Source of the DNA: a virus
Lineage: Duplodnaviria; Heunggongvirae; Uroviricota; Caudoviricetes
DNA: 40,220 bases
Virus record (IMG/VR): IMGVR_UViG_2671181134_000016
Reading direction: 5' to 3' (one strand)
In this document: in pieces, positions 16,764 to 26,230 of the stretch
Numbering within the stretch: position 1 is the stretch's first letter
Layout of the letters: every line of letters begins with the position of its first letter
Notes under the pieces: model-generated
What the model saw: the letters and a program-made list of their open reading frames with translations, nothing else
Databases searched by the model: none
What the model was told of the DNA's origin: nothing
Translations under genes and position numbers: made by a program

Positions 16764-18493
16764 GCCGGAAATCTTACCCTAACGTAAATGCTGCCAATCA
16801 GTATGCCCGGGATGTCGTGCGCGGGAAGATTGTGGCCTGCCAGTTTGTGATTCAGGCCTGCCAGCGCCATCTTGATGACCTGATGGCGGAAAAAAGTAAG
16901 TCGTTTCGTTACCGCTTCGACAAGGACCTGGCTGAACGGGCCGCCAAATTTATTCAGCTGTTGCCGCACACCAAGGGTGAGTGGGCATTCAAGAGGATGC
17001 CCATCACGCTGGAGCCGTGGCAGCTATTTGTGATCTGCTGTGCGTTTGGCTGGGTCAATAAAGGCACCCGGTTGCGCCGCTTCCGGGAGGTGTATACCGA
17101 AATTCCCCGTAAGAACGGCAAATCGGCAATCTCTGCCGGTGTTGCCCTGTATTGTTTTGCCTGTGATAACGAGTTCGGCGCGGAAGTGTATTCCGGTGCC
17201 ACGACGGAGAAACAGGCATGGGAAGTCTTTCGTCCGGCACGACTGATGTGTAAACGCACACCCATGCTGACGGAAGCGTTCGGGATTGAGGTTAACGCCT
17301 CAAACATGAACCGTCCGGAGGATGGCGCGCGGTTTGAACCGCTGATCGGTAACCCCGGTGATGGATCATCACCCCACTGTGCGGTGGTGGATGAATATCA
17401 CGAGCACGCCACCGATGCGCTTTACACCACGATGCTTACCGGGATGGGGGCGCGACGTCAGCCACTGATGTGGGCCATTACTACTGCCGGGTACAACATT
17501 GAGGGGCCGTGCTACGACAAACGGCGGGAAGTTATCGAGATGCTCAACGGTTCGGTACCCAACGATGAACTGTTCGGGATCATCTATACCGTTGACGAAG
17601 GTGACGACTGGACCAACCCACAGGTGCTGGAAAAAGCCAACCCGAATATCGGGGTGTCGGTTTACCGTGAGTTTTTGTTAAGTCAGCAACAGCGTGCGAA
17701 AAATAACGCCCGTCTGGCAAACGTCTTTAAAACAAAACACCTCAATATCTGGGTGTCGGCGCGTTCGGCGTATTTCAACCTGGTGAGCTGGCAGAGCTGC
17801 GAGGATAAATCACTGACTCTTGAGCAATTCGAGGGGCAGCCGTGCATTCTGGCCTTTGACCTGGCGCGTAAACTGGATATGAACAGCATGGCGCGACTTT
17901 ATACCCGCGAGATTGACGGTAAAACGCATTACTACAGTGTGGCCCCGCGTTTCTGGGTACCGTATGACACGGTGTACAGCGTCGAGAAAAATGAAGATCG
18001 CCGCACAGCCGAACGCTTTCAGAAATGGGTGGAAATGGGCGTCCTGACCGTTACCGATGGTGCAGAGGTGGATTATCGCTACATCCTCGAAGAGGCCAAA
18101 GCGGCGAACAAAATCAGCCCGGTCAGCGAGTCACCCATCGACCCCTTCGGGGCGACCGGGCTGTCACATGACCTTGCTGATGAAGACCTGAATCCCGTCA
18201 CTATCTTCCAGAACTTCACCAATATGTCCGATCCGATGAAAGAGCTGGAAGCAGCGATTGAATCGGGACGTTTTCATCATGACGGCAATCCCATCATGAC
18301 CTGGTGTATCGGCAACGTGGTCGGCAAAAACATGCCGGGTAACGATGATGTGGTGAAGCCCGTCAAGGAGCAGGCGGAAAACAAAATTGACGGTGCAGTT
18401 GCGCTGATTATGGCGGTTGGCAGAGCCATGCTGTACGAGAAAGAAGACACGCTGTCTGACCACATTGAGTCCTATGGGATCCGCTCGCTTTAA
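16760..18493 (+). CDS. Terminase large subunit
   Basis: 577 aa with ATPase and nuclease-type segments; coupled to the small subunit stop. Confidence 0.9.
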
Positions 18494-18504
18494 CTGAGGT
18501 AATT

Positions 18505-18687
18505 ATGATCATGCTGATTCTCGCGCCTCTGGTGGGCGTGCTGGGGGCGCTTTTGCTGGCGTATGGTGCCTGGCTGATTTATCCCCCGGCGGGGTTTGTT
18601 GTTGCCGGGGCGTTGTGCCTGTTCTGGTCGTGGCTGGTGGCGCGATATCTCGACCGTACACAGTCGTCTGTCGGCGGAGGTAAATAG
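18505..18687 (+). CDS. Small hydrophobic protein (60 aa) between terminase and portal
   Basis: ATG with TGAGG Shine-Dalgarno; two hydrophobic spans. Confidence 0.4.
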
Positions 18688-19928
18688 TGTTCTTTTCGGG
18701 ATTATTTCAACGAAAAAGTGACGCACCGGTGACCACGCCAGCAGAGCTGGCGGATGCTATCGGGTTGTCCTACGACACCTATACCGGAAAGCAGATCAGC
18801 AGCCAGCGGGCCATGCGACTGACGGCGGTTTTTTCCTGTGTCAGGGTGCTGGCGGAGTCGGTCGGGATGTTGCCCTGCAACCTGTATCACCTGAACGGCA
18901 GCCTGAAGCAGAGAGCCACTGGCGAACGTCTGCATAAGCTGATCTCCACGCATCCCAATGGTTATATGACGCCGCAGGAGTTCTGGGAGCTGGTGGTCAC
19001 CTGTCTGTGCCTGCGGGGAAACTTTTACGCCTACAAAGTGAAAGCATTTGGCGAAGTGGCTGAACTGCTGCCCGTCGATCCCGGCAGTGTGGTACCGAAG
19101 CTTAACAGTAGCTGGGAGCCGGTCTATCAGGTCACATTCCCGGATGGCTCCACGGATGTACTGAGCCAGGAGGATATCTGGCATGTGCGCACGCTGACGC
19201 TGGACGGACTGGTGGGGCTGAATCCCATCGCCTATGCCCGCGAGGCAATATCGCTGGCGGCAGCGACCGAAGAGCACGGGGCCAGACTGTTCAGCAATGG
19301 CGCGGTGACGTCGGGTGTGTTGCGTACAGAGCAGACGCTGTCAGATCAGGCTTATGAGCGCCTGAAGAAAGATTTTGAGGAGCGTCACACCGGGCTTGGC
19401 AATGCTCACCGCCCGATGATCCTTGAGATGGGGCTGGACTGGAAGTCGATGGCGCTGAACGCCGAGGACAGCCAGTTCCTGGAAACCCGCAAGTTTCAGC
19501 TTGAAGAAATCTGTCGTCTGTTCCGGGTGCCGTTGCACATGGTGCAGAACACCGATCGCGCCACCTTCAACAATATCGAAGAGCTGGGGCTGGGATTTAT
19601 CAACTATTCACTGGTGCCGTATCTGACCCGCATCGAACAGCGGATCAACACCGGACTGGTACGAAAAAGTAAGCAGGGCGTTTATTACGCCAAATTTAAC
19701 GCCGGGGCGTTACTGCGCGGGGATATGAAGTCCCGTTTTGAAGCCTACGCCACCGGGATCAACTGGGGAATTTACTCTCCCAATGACTGCCGCGACCTGG
19801 AAGATATGAATCCGCGTCCCGGTGGTGATGTCTATCTCACACCGATGAACATGACCACGAAACCCTCCGATGGTAGTAAAGCCGGTAAGCAGAAGGATAA
19901 CGCCAATGCAGACGAAACAACGTCTTGA
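18687..19928 (+). CDS. Portal protein (HK97 family)
   Basis: 413 aa; GTG start with GGAGG upstream; typical position. Confidence 0.85.
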   Translation: MFFSGLFQRKSDAPVTTPAELADAIGLSYDTYTGKQISSQRAMRLTAVFSCVRVLAESVGMLPCNLYHLNGSLKQRATGERLHKLISTHPNGYMTPQEFWELVVTCLCLRGNFYAYKVKAFGEVAELLPVDPGSVVPKLNSSWEPVYQVTFPDGSTDVLSQEDIWHVRTLTLDGLVGLNPIAYAREAISLAAATEEHGARLFSNGAVTSGVLRTEQTLSDQAYERLKKDFEERHTGLGNAHRPMILEMGLDWKSMALNAEDSQFLETRKFQLEEICRLFRVPLHMVQNTDRATFNNIEELGLGFINYSLVPYLTRIEQRINTGLVRKSKQGVYYAKFNAGALLRGDMKSRFEAYATGINWGIYSPNDCRDLEDMNPRPGGDVYLTPMNMTTKPSDGSKAGKQKDNANADETTS

Positions 19929-20556
19929 TGTACCGCTGAGTCTGAAATCTGTCAGTGACTCCGGTGAGTTTGAAGGGTATGGCTCCGTCTTTGGTGTAAA
20001 GGACAGCCACGATGATGTGGTGATGTCCGGGGCATTTGCTGCTTCCCTGCGGGCGTGGAGTGACAGAAAAGCGTTACCTGCGCTGCTCTGGCAGCACCGC
20101 ATGGATGAACCCATCGGTGTTTATACCGAAATGAAGGAAGACGATGTCGGGCTTTACGTCAGGGGACGGTTGCTTATTGATGATGATCCCCTCGCAAAAC
20201 GCGCACATGCACACATGAAGGCCGGTTCGTTAACCGGCCTTTCTATTGGGTACGTCCTGAAAGACTGGGAATACGACCGGAGCAAAGAAGCCTTTCTGCT
20301 GAAAGAAATCGACCTCTGGGAAGTCAGCCTGGTGACGTTCCCGTCTAACGACGAGGCGCGGATCAGCGACGTCAAGAACGCACTGGCCCGCGGGGAAATC
20401 CCCGAACAGAAAAAAATCGAAAGAGTCCTGCGTGATGTCGGACTCTCCCGTACCCAGGCCAAAGCATTCATGGCCGGGGGCTATGGCGCACTGTCCCTGC
20501 GCGACGCTGAGGATGTGGGCTCTGCACTGAATGCACTGAAAAATCTGAACTTCTAA
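19906..20556 (+). CDS. Prohead protease (HK97 family)
   Basis: Position between portal and capsid; ATG at 19906 with AAGGA. Confidence 0.8.
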   Translation: MQTKQRLDVPLSLKSVSDSGEFEGYGSVFGVKDSHDDVVMSGAFAASLRAWSDRKALPALLWQHRMDEPIGVYTEMKEDDVGLYVRGRLLIDDDPLAKRAHAHMKAGSLTGLSIGYVLKDWEYDRSKEAFLLKEIDLWEVSLVTFPSNDEARISDVKNALARGEIPEQKKIERVLRDVGLSRTQAKAFMAGGYGALSLRDAEDVGSALNALKNLNF

Positions 20557-20570
20557 TCAGGAGAAATACG

Positions 20571-21776
20571 ATGGCGGTAGATATTAAAGATGTCGAACAG
20601 GTCGCGCAGGAGCTGCAGCAGAAGTTTGACGACTTCAAAGCAAAGAACGACAAGCGCGTGGATGCGATTGAGCAGGAAAAAGGCAAGCTTGCCGGGCAGG
20701 TGGAAACCCTGAACGGAAAACTCAGCGAGCTGGAAAATCTCAAAAGCGACCTTGAAAAAGAGCTGCTTGAGCTGAAACGTCCGGCAGGTGGTGCGCAAAA
20801 TAAACTGGCCACCGAGCATAAAGAAGCGTTTGTGGGCTTCCTGCGTAAAGGCCGTGAAGATGGTCTGCGCGATCTGGAGCGCAAGGCATTACAGGTGGGC
20901 ACCGATGAAGACGGTGGCTATGCCGTGCCGGAAGAGCTGGATCGCAACATTCTGACCCTGCTGAAAGATGAAGTGGTGATGCGTCAGGAAGCCACGGTGA
21001 TCACCGTTGGCGGTTCCGACTACAAAAAACTGGTGAATCTGGGCGGTACGGCTTCCGGATGGGTGGGGGAAACGGATACGCGATCCAAGACTGCCACCTC
21101 CAGACTGGAGCTGATTGAACCTCTCATGGGGGAAATCTACGGCAACCCGCAGGCTACCCAGAAAATGCTGGACGATGCCTTCTTCAACGTGGAGGCCTGG
21201 ATCAACAGCGAGCTGGCAACCGAATTTGCCGAACAGGAAGAAATTGCCTTTACCTCAGGCGATGGCACCAAGAAGCCGAAAGGGTTCCTGGCGTATGAAT
21301 CCACTGATGAAACCGACAAGGTCCGGGCGTTCGGCAAACTTCAGCATATTGTATCCGGCGAAGCGACCGCGGTGACCGCAGACGCCATTATCAAACTGAT
21401 TTACACGCTGCGTAAGGCACACCGCACTGGCGCGAAGTTCATGATGAACAACAACAGCCTGTTTGCCATCCGTCTGCTGAAAGACACCGAGGGTAACTAT
21501 CTGTGGCGTCCGGGGCTGGAACTGGGGCAGCCGTCCTCTCTGGCGGGTTACGGTATCGCTGAAAACGAACAGATGCCGGATATCGCCGCTGATGCGAAAG
21601 CCATTGCATTTGGTAACTTCAAGCGGGGTTACACCATCGTTGACCGTATCGGTACCCGCATTCTGCGTGATCCGTACACCAATAAACCATTTGTCGGTTT
21701 TTATACCACCAAGCGCACCGGCGGCATGCTGGTCGATTCGCAGGCCATCAAACTGCTGAAGATTGCAGCGGCGTAA
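20571..21776 (+). CDS. Major capsid protein (HK97 fold)
   Basis: 401 aa with N-terminal coiled-coil delta domain; AGGAG Shine-Dalgarno. Confidence 0.9.
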   Translation: MAVDIKDVEQVAQELQQKFDDFKAKNDKRVDAIEQEKGKLAGQVETLNGKLSELENLKSDLEKELLELKRPAGGAQNKLATEHKEAFVGFLRKGREDGLRDLERKALQVGTDEDGGYAVPEELDRNILTLLKDEVVMRQEATVITVGGSDYKKLVNLGGTASGWVGETDTRSKTATSRLELIEPLMGEIYGNPQATQKMLDDAFFNVEAWINSELATEFAEQEEIAFTSGDGTKKPKGFLAYESTDETDKVRAFGKLQHIVSGEATAVTADAIIKLIYTLRKAHRTGAKFMMNNNSLFAIRLLKDTEGNYLWRPGLELGQPSSLAGYGIAENEQMPDIAADAKAIAFGNFKRGYTIVDRIGTRILRDPYTNKPFVGFYTTKRTGGMLVDSQAIKLLKIAAA

Positions 21777-21825
21777 TCATTCATGGGCGCGGAACCGCGC
21801 CCCCTGTTCTGACGGGTGAAGAATC

Positions 21826-22026
21826 ATGATCCTGAAACAAGATCTGAAATGGTCACCGGACGGTATGCGTGTTGAGGTCATTCGGGCCGGTGAGTATGAC
21901 GACGGGGCGCTTCCTGCCCGTGTGCAGGAGATTGCACTTCAGGCCGGGTTAGCAGAGCGCGGAATCAGTGCAAAAAGCAGTAAAGCGGCAAAAGAGAAAA
22001 AAGCCACGACCAGTAAAGAGGGCTGA
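21826..22026 (+). CDS. Small hypothetical head-associated protein
   Basis: 66-codon ORF directly after the capsid gene; no family assigned. Confidence 0.4.
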   Translation: MILKQDLKWSPDGMRVEVIRAGEYDDGALPARVQEIALQAGLAERGISAKSSKAAKEKKATTSKEG

Positions 22027-22028
22027 GC

Positions 22029-22352
22029 ATGCTTCTGACAATGGAAGAGATTAAAGCCCAACTCCGGCTGGATGAGGATTTCGATACTGATGACCGCCAT
22101 CTGCAACTGCTGGCCTGTGCGGCACAAAAGCGGACGGAAACGTATCTGAACCGGAAGCTCTATGCACCGGATGAAACCATTCCGGACAGCGATCCGGACG
22201 GGCTGCACCTGCCGGATGATATTCGTCTGGGGATGCTGATGCTTATCAGCCATTTTTACGAAAACCGCTCGTCGGTTACGGAAGTGGAGAAACTCGACAT
22301 GCCGCAGAGTTTTGGCTGGCTTGTTGGCCCGTACAGGTACTTTCCGCAATGA
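22029..22352 (+). CDS. Head-tail connector (gp6-like)
   Basis: Size and position; conserved-looking LGMLMLISHFYENR segment. Confidence 0.65.
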   Translation: MLLTMEEIKAQLRLDEDFDTDDRHLQLLACAAQKRTETYLNRKLYAPDETIPDSDPDGLHLPDDIRLGMLMLISHFYENRSSVTEVEKLDMPQSFGWLVGPYRYFPQ

Positions 22353-22759
22353 AAATTCGTCAGGCGCAGACCAGCGCAACCTACATTCTGCCGGACCCCG
22401 GTGAACTGAATAAACGCGTCCTGATCCGCCAGCGGGTGGATATGCCCGCGGATAACTTTGGCGTGGAGTCTCAATACCCGGTTACGTTCCGGACATGGGC
22501 GAAGGTTATCCAGACCAGTGCCACCACCTGGCAGGAAACCGCGCAGACCGGGGACGCCATCACCCATTACATCACCATTCGCTACCGCCGGGGGATCACC
22601 GCTGATTATGAGGTGGTCTGCGGTGACAGTGTGTACCGGGTGAAACGTCAGCGCGATCTGAACGGGGCGCGGCGCTTTCTGCTGCTGGAGTGTACGGAAC
22701 TGGGCGAATTTACGCAGAGTCACGGAGGCAGCAATGGCGACTTCCTTTTTTCACGTTGA
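22349..22759 (+). CDS. Head-tail adaptor / head closure protein
   Basis: Position and size in HK97-type head module. Confidence 0.6.
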   Translation: MKIRQAQTSATYILPDPGELNKRVLIRQRVDMPADNFGVESQYPVTFRTWAKVIQTSATTWQETAQTGDAITHYITIRYRRGITADYEVVCGDSVYRVKRQRDLNGARRFLLLECTELGEFTQSHGGSNGDFLFSR

Positions 22760-23240
22760 TTTTCAGCAGCCCGCGGAGATGCGCTTTAACCGCGCCCGTG
22801 TCCGGCGGGCGTTTGTCACGATTGGTCAGCGTCATATGCGTGATGCCCGTCGGCTGGTGATGCGCCGTGCGCGGTCGGCACCGGGTGAAAACCCCGGTTA
22901 TCAGACCGGACGCCTGGCACGTTCGATTGGTTATATGGTACCCAGAGCCAGTAAACATCGCCCCGGTTTTATGGCACGTATAGCCCCTAACCAGCGCAAC
23001 GGGAAGGGGAACCGGATGATCTCTGGTGACTTCTATCCGGCGTTTCTGTTTTTTGGTGTCCGGGGAGGAGCAAAACGTCGTCGTAGTCATCATCGTGGTG
23101 CATCCGGTGGCAGCGGCTGGCGACTGGCTCCACGTAATAACTTCATGGTGGAAACTCTTGAAAAGAACCGCAGCTGGACACGCTATTTTCTGGCGCGGGA
23201 ATTGCGTAAATCACTGAAGCCGGAGCGACGACACAGATGA
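22734..23240 (+). CDS. HK97 gp10-like virion protein
   Basis: Position and size; basic protein. Confidence 0.55.
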   Translation: MATSFFHVDFQQPAEMRFNRARVRRAFVTIGQRHMRDARRLVMRRARSAPGENPGYQTGRLARSIGYMVPRASKHRPGFMARIAPNQRNGKGNRMISGDFYPAFLFFGVRGGAKRRRSHHRGASGGSGWRLAPRNNFMVETLEKNRSWTRYFLARELRKSLKPERRHR

Positions 23241-23797
23241 AACTGACGCCTGTTATTGCTGCGCTGCGTGCCCGCTGCCCGTATTTTGAAAACCGGGTGG
23301 CAGGCGCGGCACAGTTCAAAAATCTGCCGGAGGTCGGAAAGCTGAGACTCCCGGCGGCGTATGTGGTACCGGGTGATGACTCTCCGGGAGAAAACAAAAG
23401 CCAGACCGACTACTGGCAGGAGCTGAAAGAAGGCTTCTCCGTGGTTGTCATACTGAGTAACGGGCGTGATGAGCGCGGTCAGTTTGCCTCGTATGATGTG
23501 GTGGACGATGTCCGGCAGATGCTCTTTAAGGCCCTGCTGGGCTGGAACCCGGAAGCGTGCGGTAACCCGATTACCTATGACGGCGGCACGCTGCTGGATC
23601 TGAATCGTCATGAGCTGATTTATCAGTTCGATTTTTCGGTCATCAGCGAGCTGACTGAAGACGATACCCGCCAGCAGGATGATCTGAACAGTCTGGATGA
23701 ACTGCAAACGCTGGCGATTGATGTTGATTATCTCGAGCCCGGTAACGGGCCTGACGGCGATATCGAACATCACACCGAAATAACCCTTCCTTCCTGA
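23237..23797 (+). CDS. Tail-associated protein (tail completion / terminator-like)
   Basis: Position immediately upstream of the sheath module. Confidence 0.5.
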   Translation: MKLTPVIAALRARCPYFENRVAGAAQFKNLPEVGKLRLPAAYVVPGDDSPGENKSQTDYWQELKEGFSVVVILSNGRDERGQFASYDVVDDVRQMLFKALLGWNPEACGNPITYDGGTLLDLNRHELIYQFDFSVISELTEDDTRQQDDLNSLDELQTLAIDVDYLEPGNGPDGDIEHHTEITLPS

Positions 23798-23805
23798 GGA
23801 TCCTC

Positions 23806-23976
23806 ATGTTTGTCAAACCTGTTAAAGGGCGGTCAGTTCCTGACCCTGCCCGCGGCGACCTTTTGCCCGCCGAAGGGCGAAATGTTGACGAGAACAACTA
23901 CTGGCTGCGCCGTGAAGCAGCGGGTGATATCCGGCGCGTGAATAAAAAGGTGAACACCGATGACGATAAGCTTTAA
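23806..23976 (+). CDS. Small protein (56 aa) preceding tail sheath, not in the ORF track
   Basis: ATG at 23806, stop at 23974-23976, overlaps the sheath start; Mu-like tails carry a small gene here. Confidence 0.4.
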   Translation: MFVKPVKGRSVPDPARGDLLPAEGRNVDENNYWLRREAAGDIRRVNKKVNTDDDKL

Positions 23977-25456
23977 CACCATTCCGTCGAATACGCTGGT
24001 TCCGTTGTTTTATGCGGAAATGGATAACCAGGCGGCGAATACTGCACAGGACAGCGGAGCATCGCTGCTGATTGGTCATGCCAATAACGGTGCAGAGATT
24101 GTTGCCAACAGTCTGGTACTGATGCCGTCGGCAGACTATGCACGCCAGATTTGTGGTGCGGGAAGTCAGCTGGCGCGTATGGTCGAGGCTTATCGCCAGA
24201 CTGACCCGTTTGGCGAGCTGTATGTGATTGCCGTTCCGGAAGCCACAGGCGCGGCGGCAACGGTTACGCTGACGGTGACCGGGGCGGCAACCGAAACCGG
24301 CACGGTGAATGTTTATGTGGGACGTACCCGCGTGCAGGCACCGGTGACCAATGGCGATAACGTCGCGACGATTGCCGGCAGTATCCAGGATGCCATCAAT
24401 GCCGTTCCGGCCCTGCCGTTTACGGCTTCATCTTCGGCAGGCGTGGTCACACTGACCGCGCGTCATAAGGGGCTTTGCGGGAATGAAATTCCTGTCAGCC
24501 TCAATTACTACGGCTTTGGTGGGGGCGAAGTGCTGCCTGCGGGCGTACAGATTGCCGTGGCGACGGGTACCGCCGGAACGGGTGCTCCGGTTCTCACCGG
24601 CGCGGTGGCTGCAATGGCGGATGAGCCGTTTGATTATATCGGCCTGCCGTTCAACGACACGGCCTCCGTTAACACGCTGGTGACCGAGATGAACGATACC
24701 AGCGGTCGCTGGAGCTATGCGCGTCAGCTGTATGGTCATGTGTATACGGCAAAGATCGGCACGCTGTCAGAACTGGTGACCGCAGGTGACCAGTTTAACC
24801 AGCAGCACATTACCCTGGCGGGGTACGAAAAAGAGACCCAGACGCCTGCCGACGAACTGGCGGCAAGCCGTACCGCCCGCGCAGCGGTGTTTATTCGCAA
24901 CGATCCGGCACGTCCCACGCAGACCGGTGAGCTGGTGGGTATGCTGCCTGCGCCGAAGGGGAAACGGTTCACGATGACCGAACAACAGACCCTGCTGTCT
25001 CATGGCGTGGCAACGGCGTATGTCGAAAGCGGGGTACTGCGCATTCAGCGTGATGTCACCACGTACAGGAAAAACGCTTACGGGGTTGCGGATAACAGCT
25101 ACCTAGACAGTGAGACTCTGCATACCAGCGCGTATGTACTGCGCAAACTGAAATCCGTCATTACCAGTAAGTACGGGCGTCACAAGCTTGCCAGTGACGG
25201 TACCCGCTTTGGTCCCGGTCAGGCGATTGTCACCCCGGCGGTGATCAAAGGAGAACTGCTGGCAACCTACCGTCAGCTTGAGCGTGCGGGGATCGTGGAA
25301 AACTACGCACTGTTTAAGCAGTACCTGGTTGTGGAGCGTGATGCCAGCGATCCGAACCGCCTGAACACGCTGTTCCCGCCTGACTATGTTAACCAGTTGC
25401 GTGTCTTTGCCGTGGTTAACCAGTTCCGTCTTCAGTATTCAGAGGAGTCCGCATAA
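23960..25456 (+). CDS. Contractile tail sheath protein (Mu gpL-like)
   Basis: 498 aa; followed by tube and chaperone genes. Confidence 0.85.
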   Translation: MTISFNTIPSNTLVPLFYAEMDNQAANTAQDSGASLLIGHANNGAEIVANSLVLMPSADYARQICGAGSQLARMVEAYRQTDPFGELYVIAVPEATGAAATVTLTVTGAATETGTVNVYVGRTRVQAPVTNGDNVATIAGSIQDAINAVPALPFTASSSAGVVTLTARHKGLCGNEIPVSLNYYGFGGGEVLPAGVQIAVATGTAGTGAPVLTGAVAAMADEPFDYIGLPFNDTASVNTLVTEMNDTSGRWSYARQLYGHVYTAKIGTLSELVTAGDQFNQQHITLAGYEKETQTPADELAASRTARAAVFIRNDPARPTQTGELVGMLPAPKGKRFTMTEQQTLLSHGVATAYVESGVLRIQRDVTTYRKNAYGVADNSYLDSETLHTSAYVLRKLKSVITSKYGRHKLASDGTRFGPGQAIVTPAVIKGELLATYRQLERAGIVENYALFKQYLVVERDASDPNRLNTLFPPDYVNQLRVFAVVNQFRLQYSEESA

Positions 25457-25812
25457 TGGCCCGTATCGGGGGAACCTGTTATTTCAAAATTGACGGTCAG
25501 CAGCTATCGCTGACCGGCGGCATTGAGGTGCCCATGAACAGGACGGTCAATGATGACATCATCGGCCTGGACGGTTCAGTGGACCGCAAGGAAACTCACC
25601 GTGCGCCTTATGTCAAAGGGACCTTCAAGGTGCCGAAGAATTTTCCGGTGAGCAAAATCACCTCGTCTGATGAGATGACCATCACTGCCGAGCTGGCGAA
25701 CGGTCAGGTCTATGTACTGTCGTCTGCCTGGCTGCACGGCGAAGCGAACCATAATGCCGAAGAAGGCACGGTCGATCTTGAGTTCCACGGTGAAGAAGGG
25801 GATTACCAGTAA
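25456..25812 (+). CDS. Tail tube protein (Mu gpM-like)
   Basis: 118 aa directly after the sheath. Confidence 0.8.
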   Translation: MARIGGTCYFKIDGQQLSLTGGIEVPMNRTVNDDIIGLDGSVDRKETHRAPYVKGTFKVPKNFPVSKITSSDEMTITAELANGQVYVLSSAWLHGEANHNAEEGTVDLEFHGEEGDYQ

Positions 25813-26081
25813 TGAAAGAGCTTGAGTTAAAGAAACCGATTACCGCTCATGGCGAGACACTCTCCGTACTGGAGTTTGATGAGCCCACCGGGAAAGATGT
25901 CCGCGAGCTGGGGTATCCCTACCAGATGAATCAGGATGAGTCCGTCAGACTTCTGGCGCATGTGGTGTCGAAATACATTGTGCGGCTGGCGAAAGTGCCG
26001 CAAAGCTCTGTCGACCAGATGTCTCCGGCAGACCTGAATGCAGCGGCGTGGCTTGTGGCTGGTTTTTTCCTCCAGGCCTGA
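25812..26081 (+). CDS. Tail assembly chaperone (short form)
   Basis: 89 aa upstream of tape measure; contains slippery heptamer T TTT TTC at 26063-26069. Confidence 0.7.
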   Translation: MKELELKKPITAHGETLSVLEFDEPTGKDVRELGYPYQMNQDESVRLLAHVVSKYIVRLAKVPQSSVDQMSPADLNAAAWLVAGFFLQA

Positions 26082-26230
26082 CGGCTGAATACCTCACTGA
26101 TCGCTTCTTTGACTGCGCCAGCTACTGGCGCATTAATCCCTTCGAATTGCTGAATATGCCGATCAGTGAAATTCCCTTGCTGGTCAGTCAGGCAAACAGG
26201 ATAGAGCAGGAGAAACGCACACATGGCTGA
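25812..26230 (+). CDS. Tail assembly chaperone, long form via programmed -1 frameshift at 26063-26069
   Basis: -1 frame is open from the slippery site to 26230 and overlaps the tape-measure start. Confidence 0.55.

Noticed and set aside
16529-16969. Minus-strand ORFs overlapping terminase, portal, capsid and tail genes (e.g. 16529-16969, 18164-18463, 18702-19277, 29325-29822, 22256-22723)
   Set aside because: Antisense shadow ORFs in GC-rich coding sequence, lacking ribosome-binding sites; the sense-strand genes have clear family signatures.
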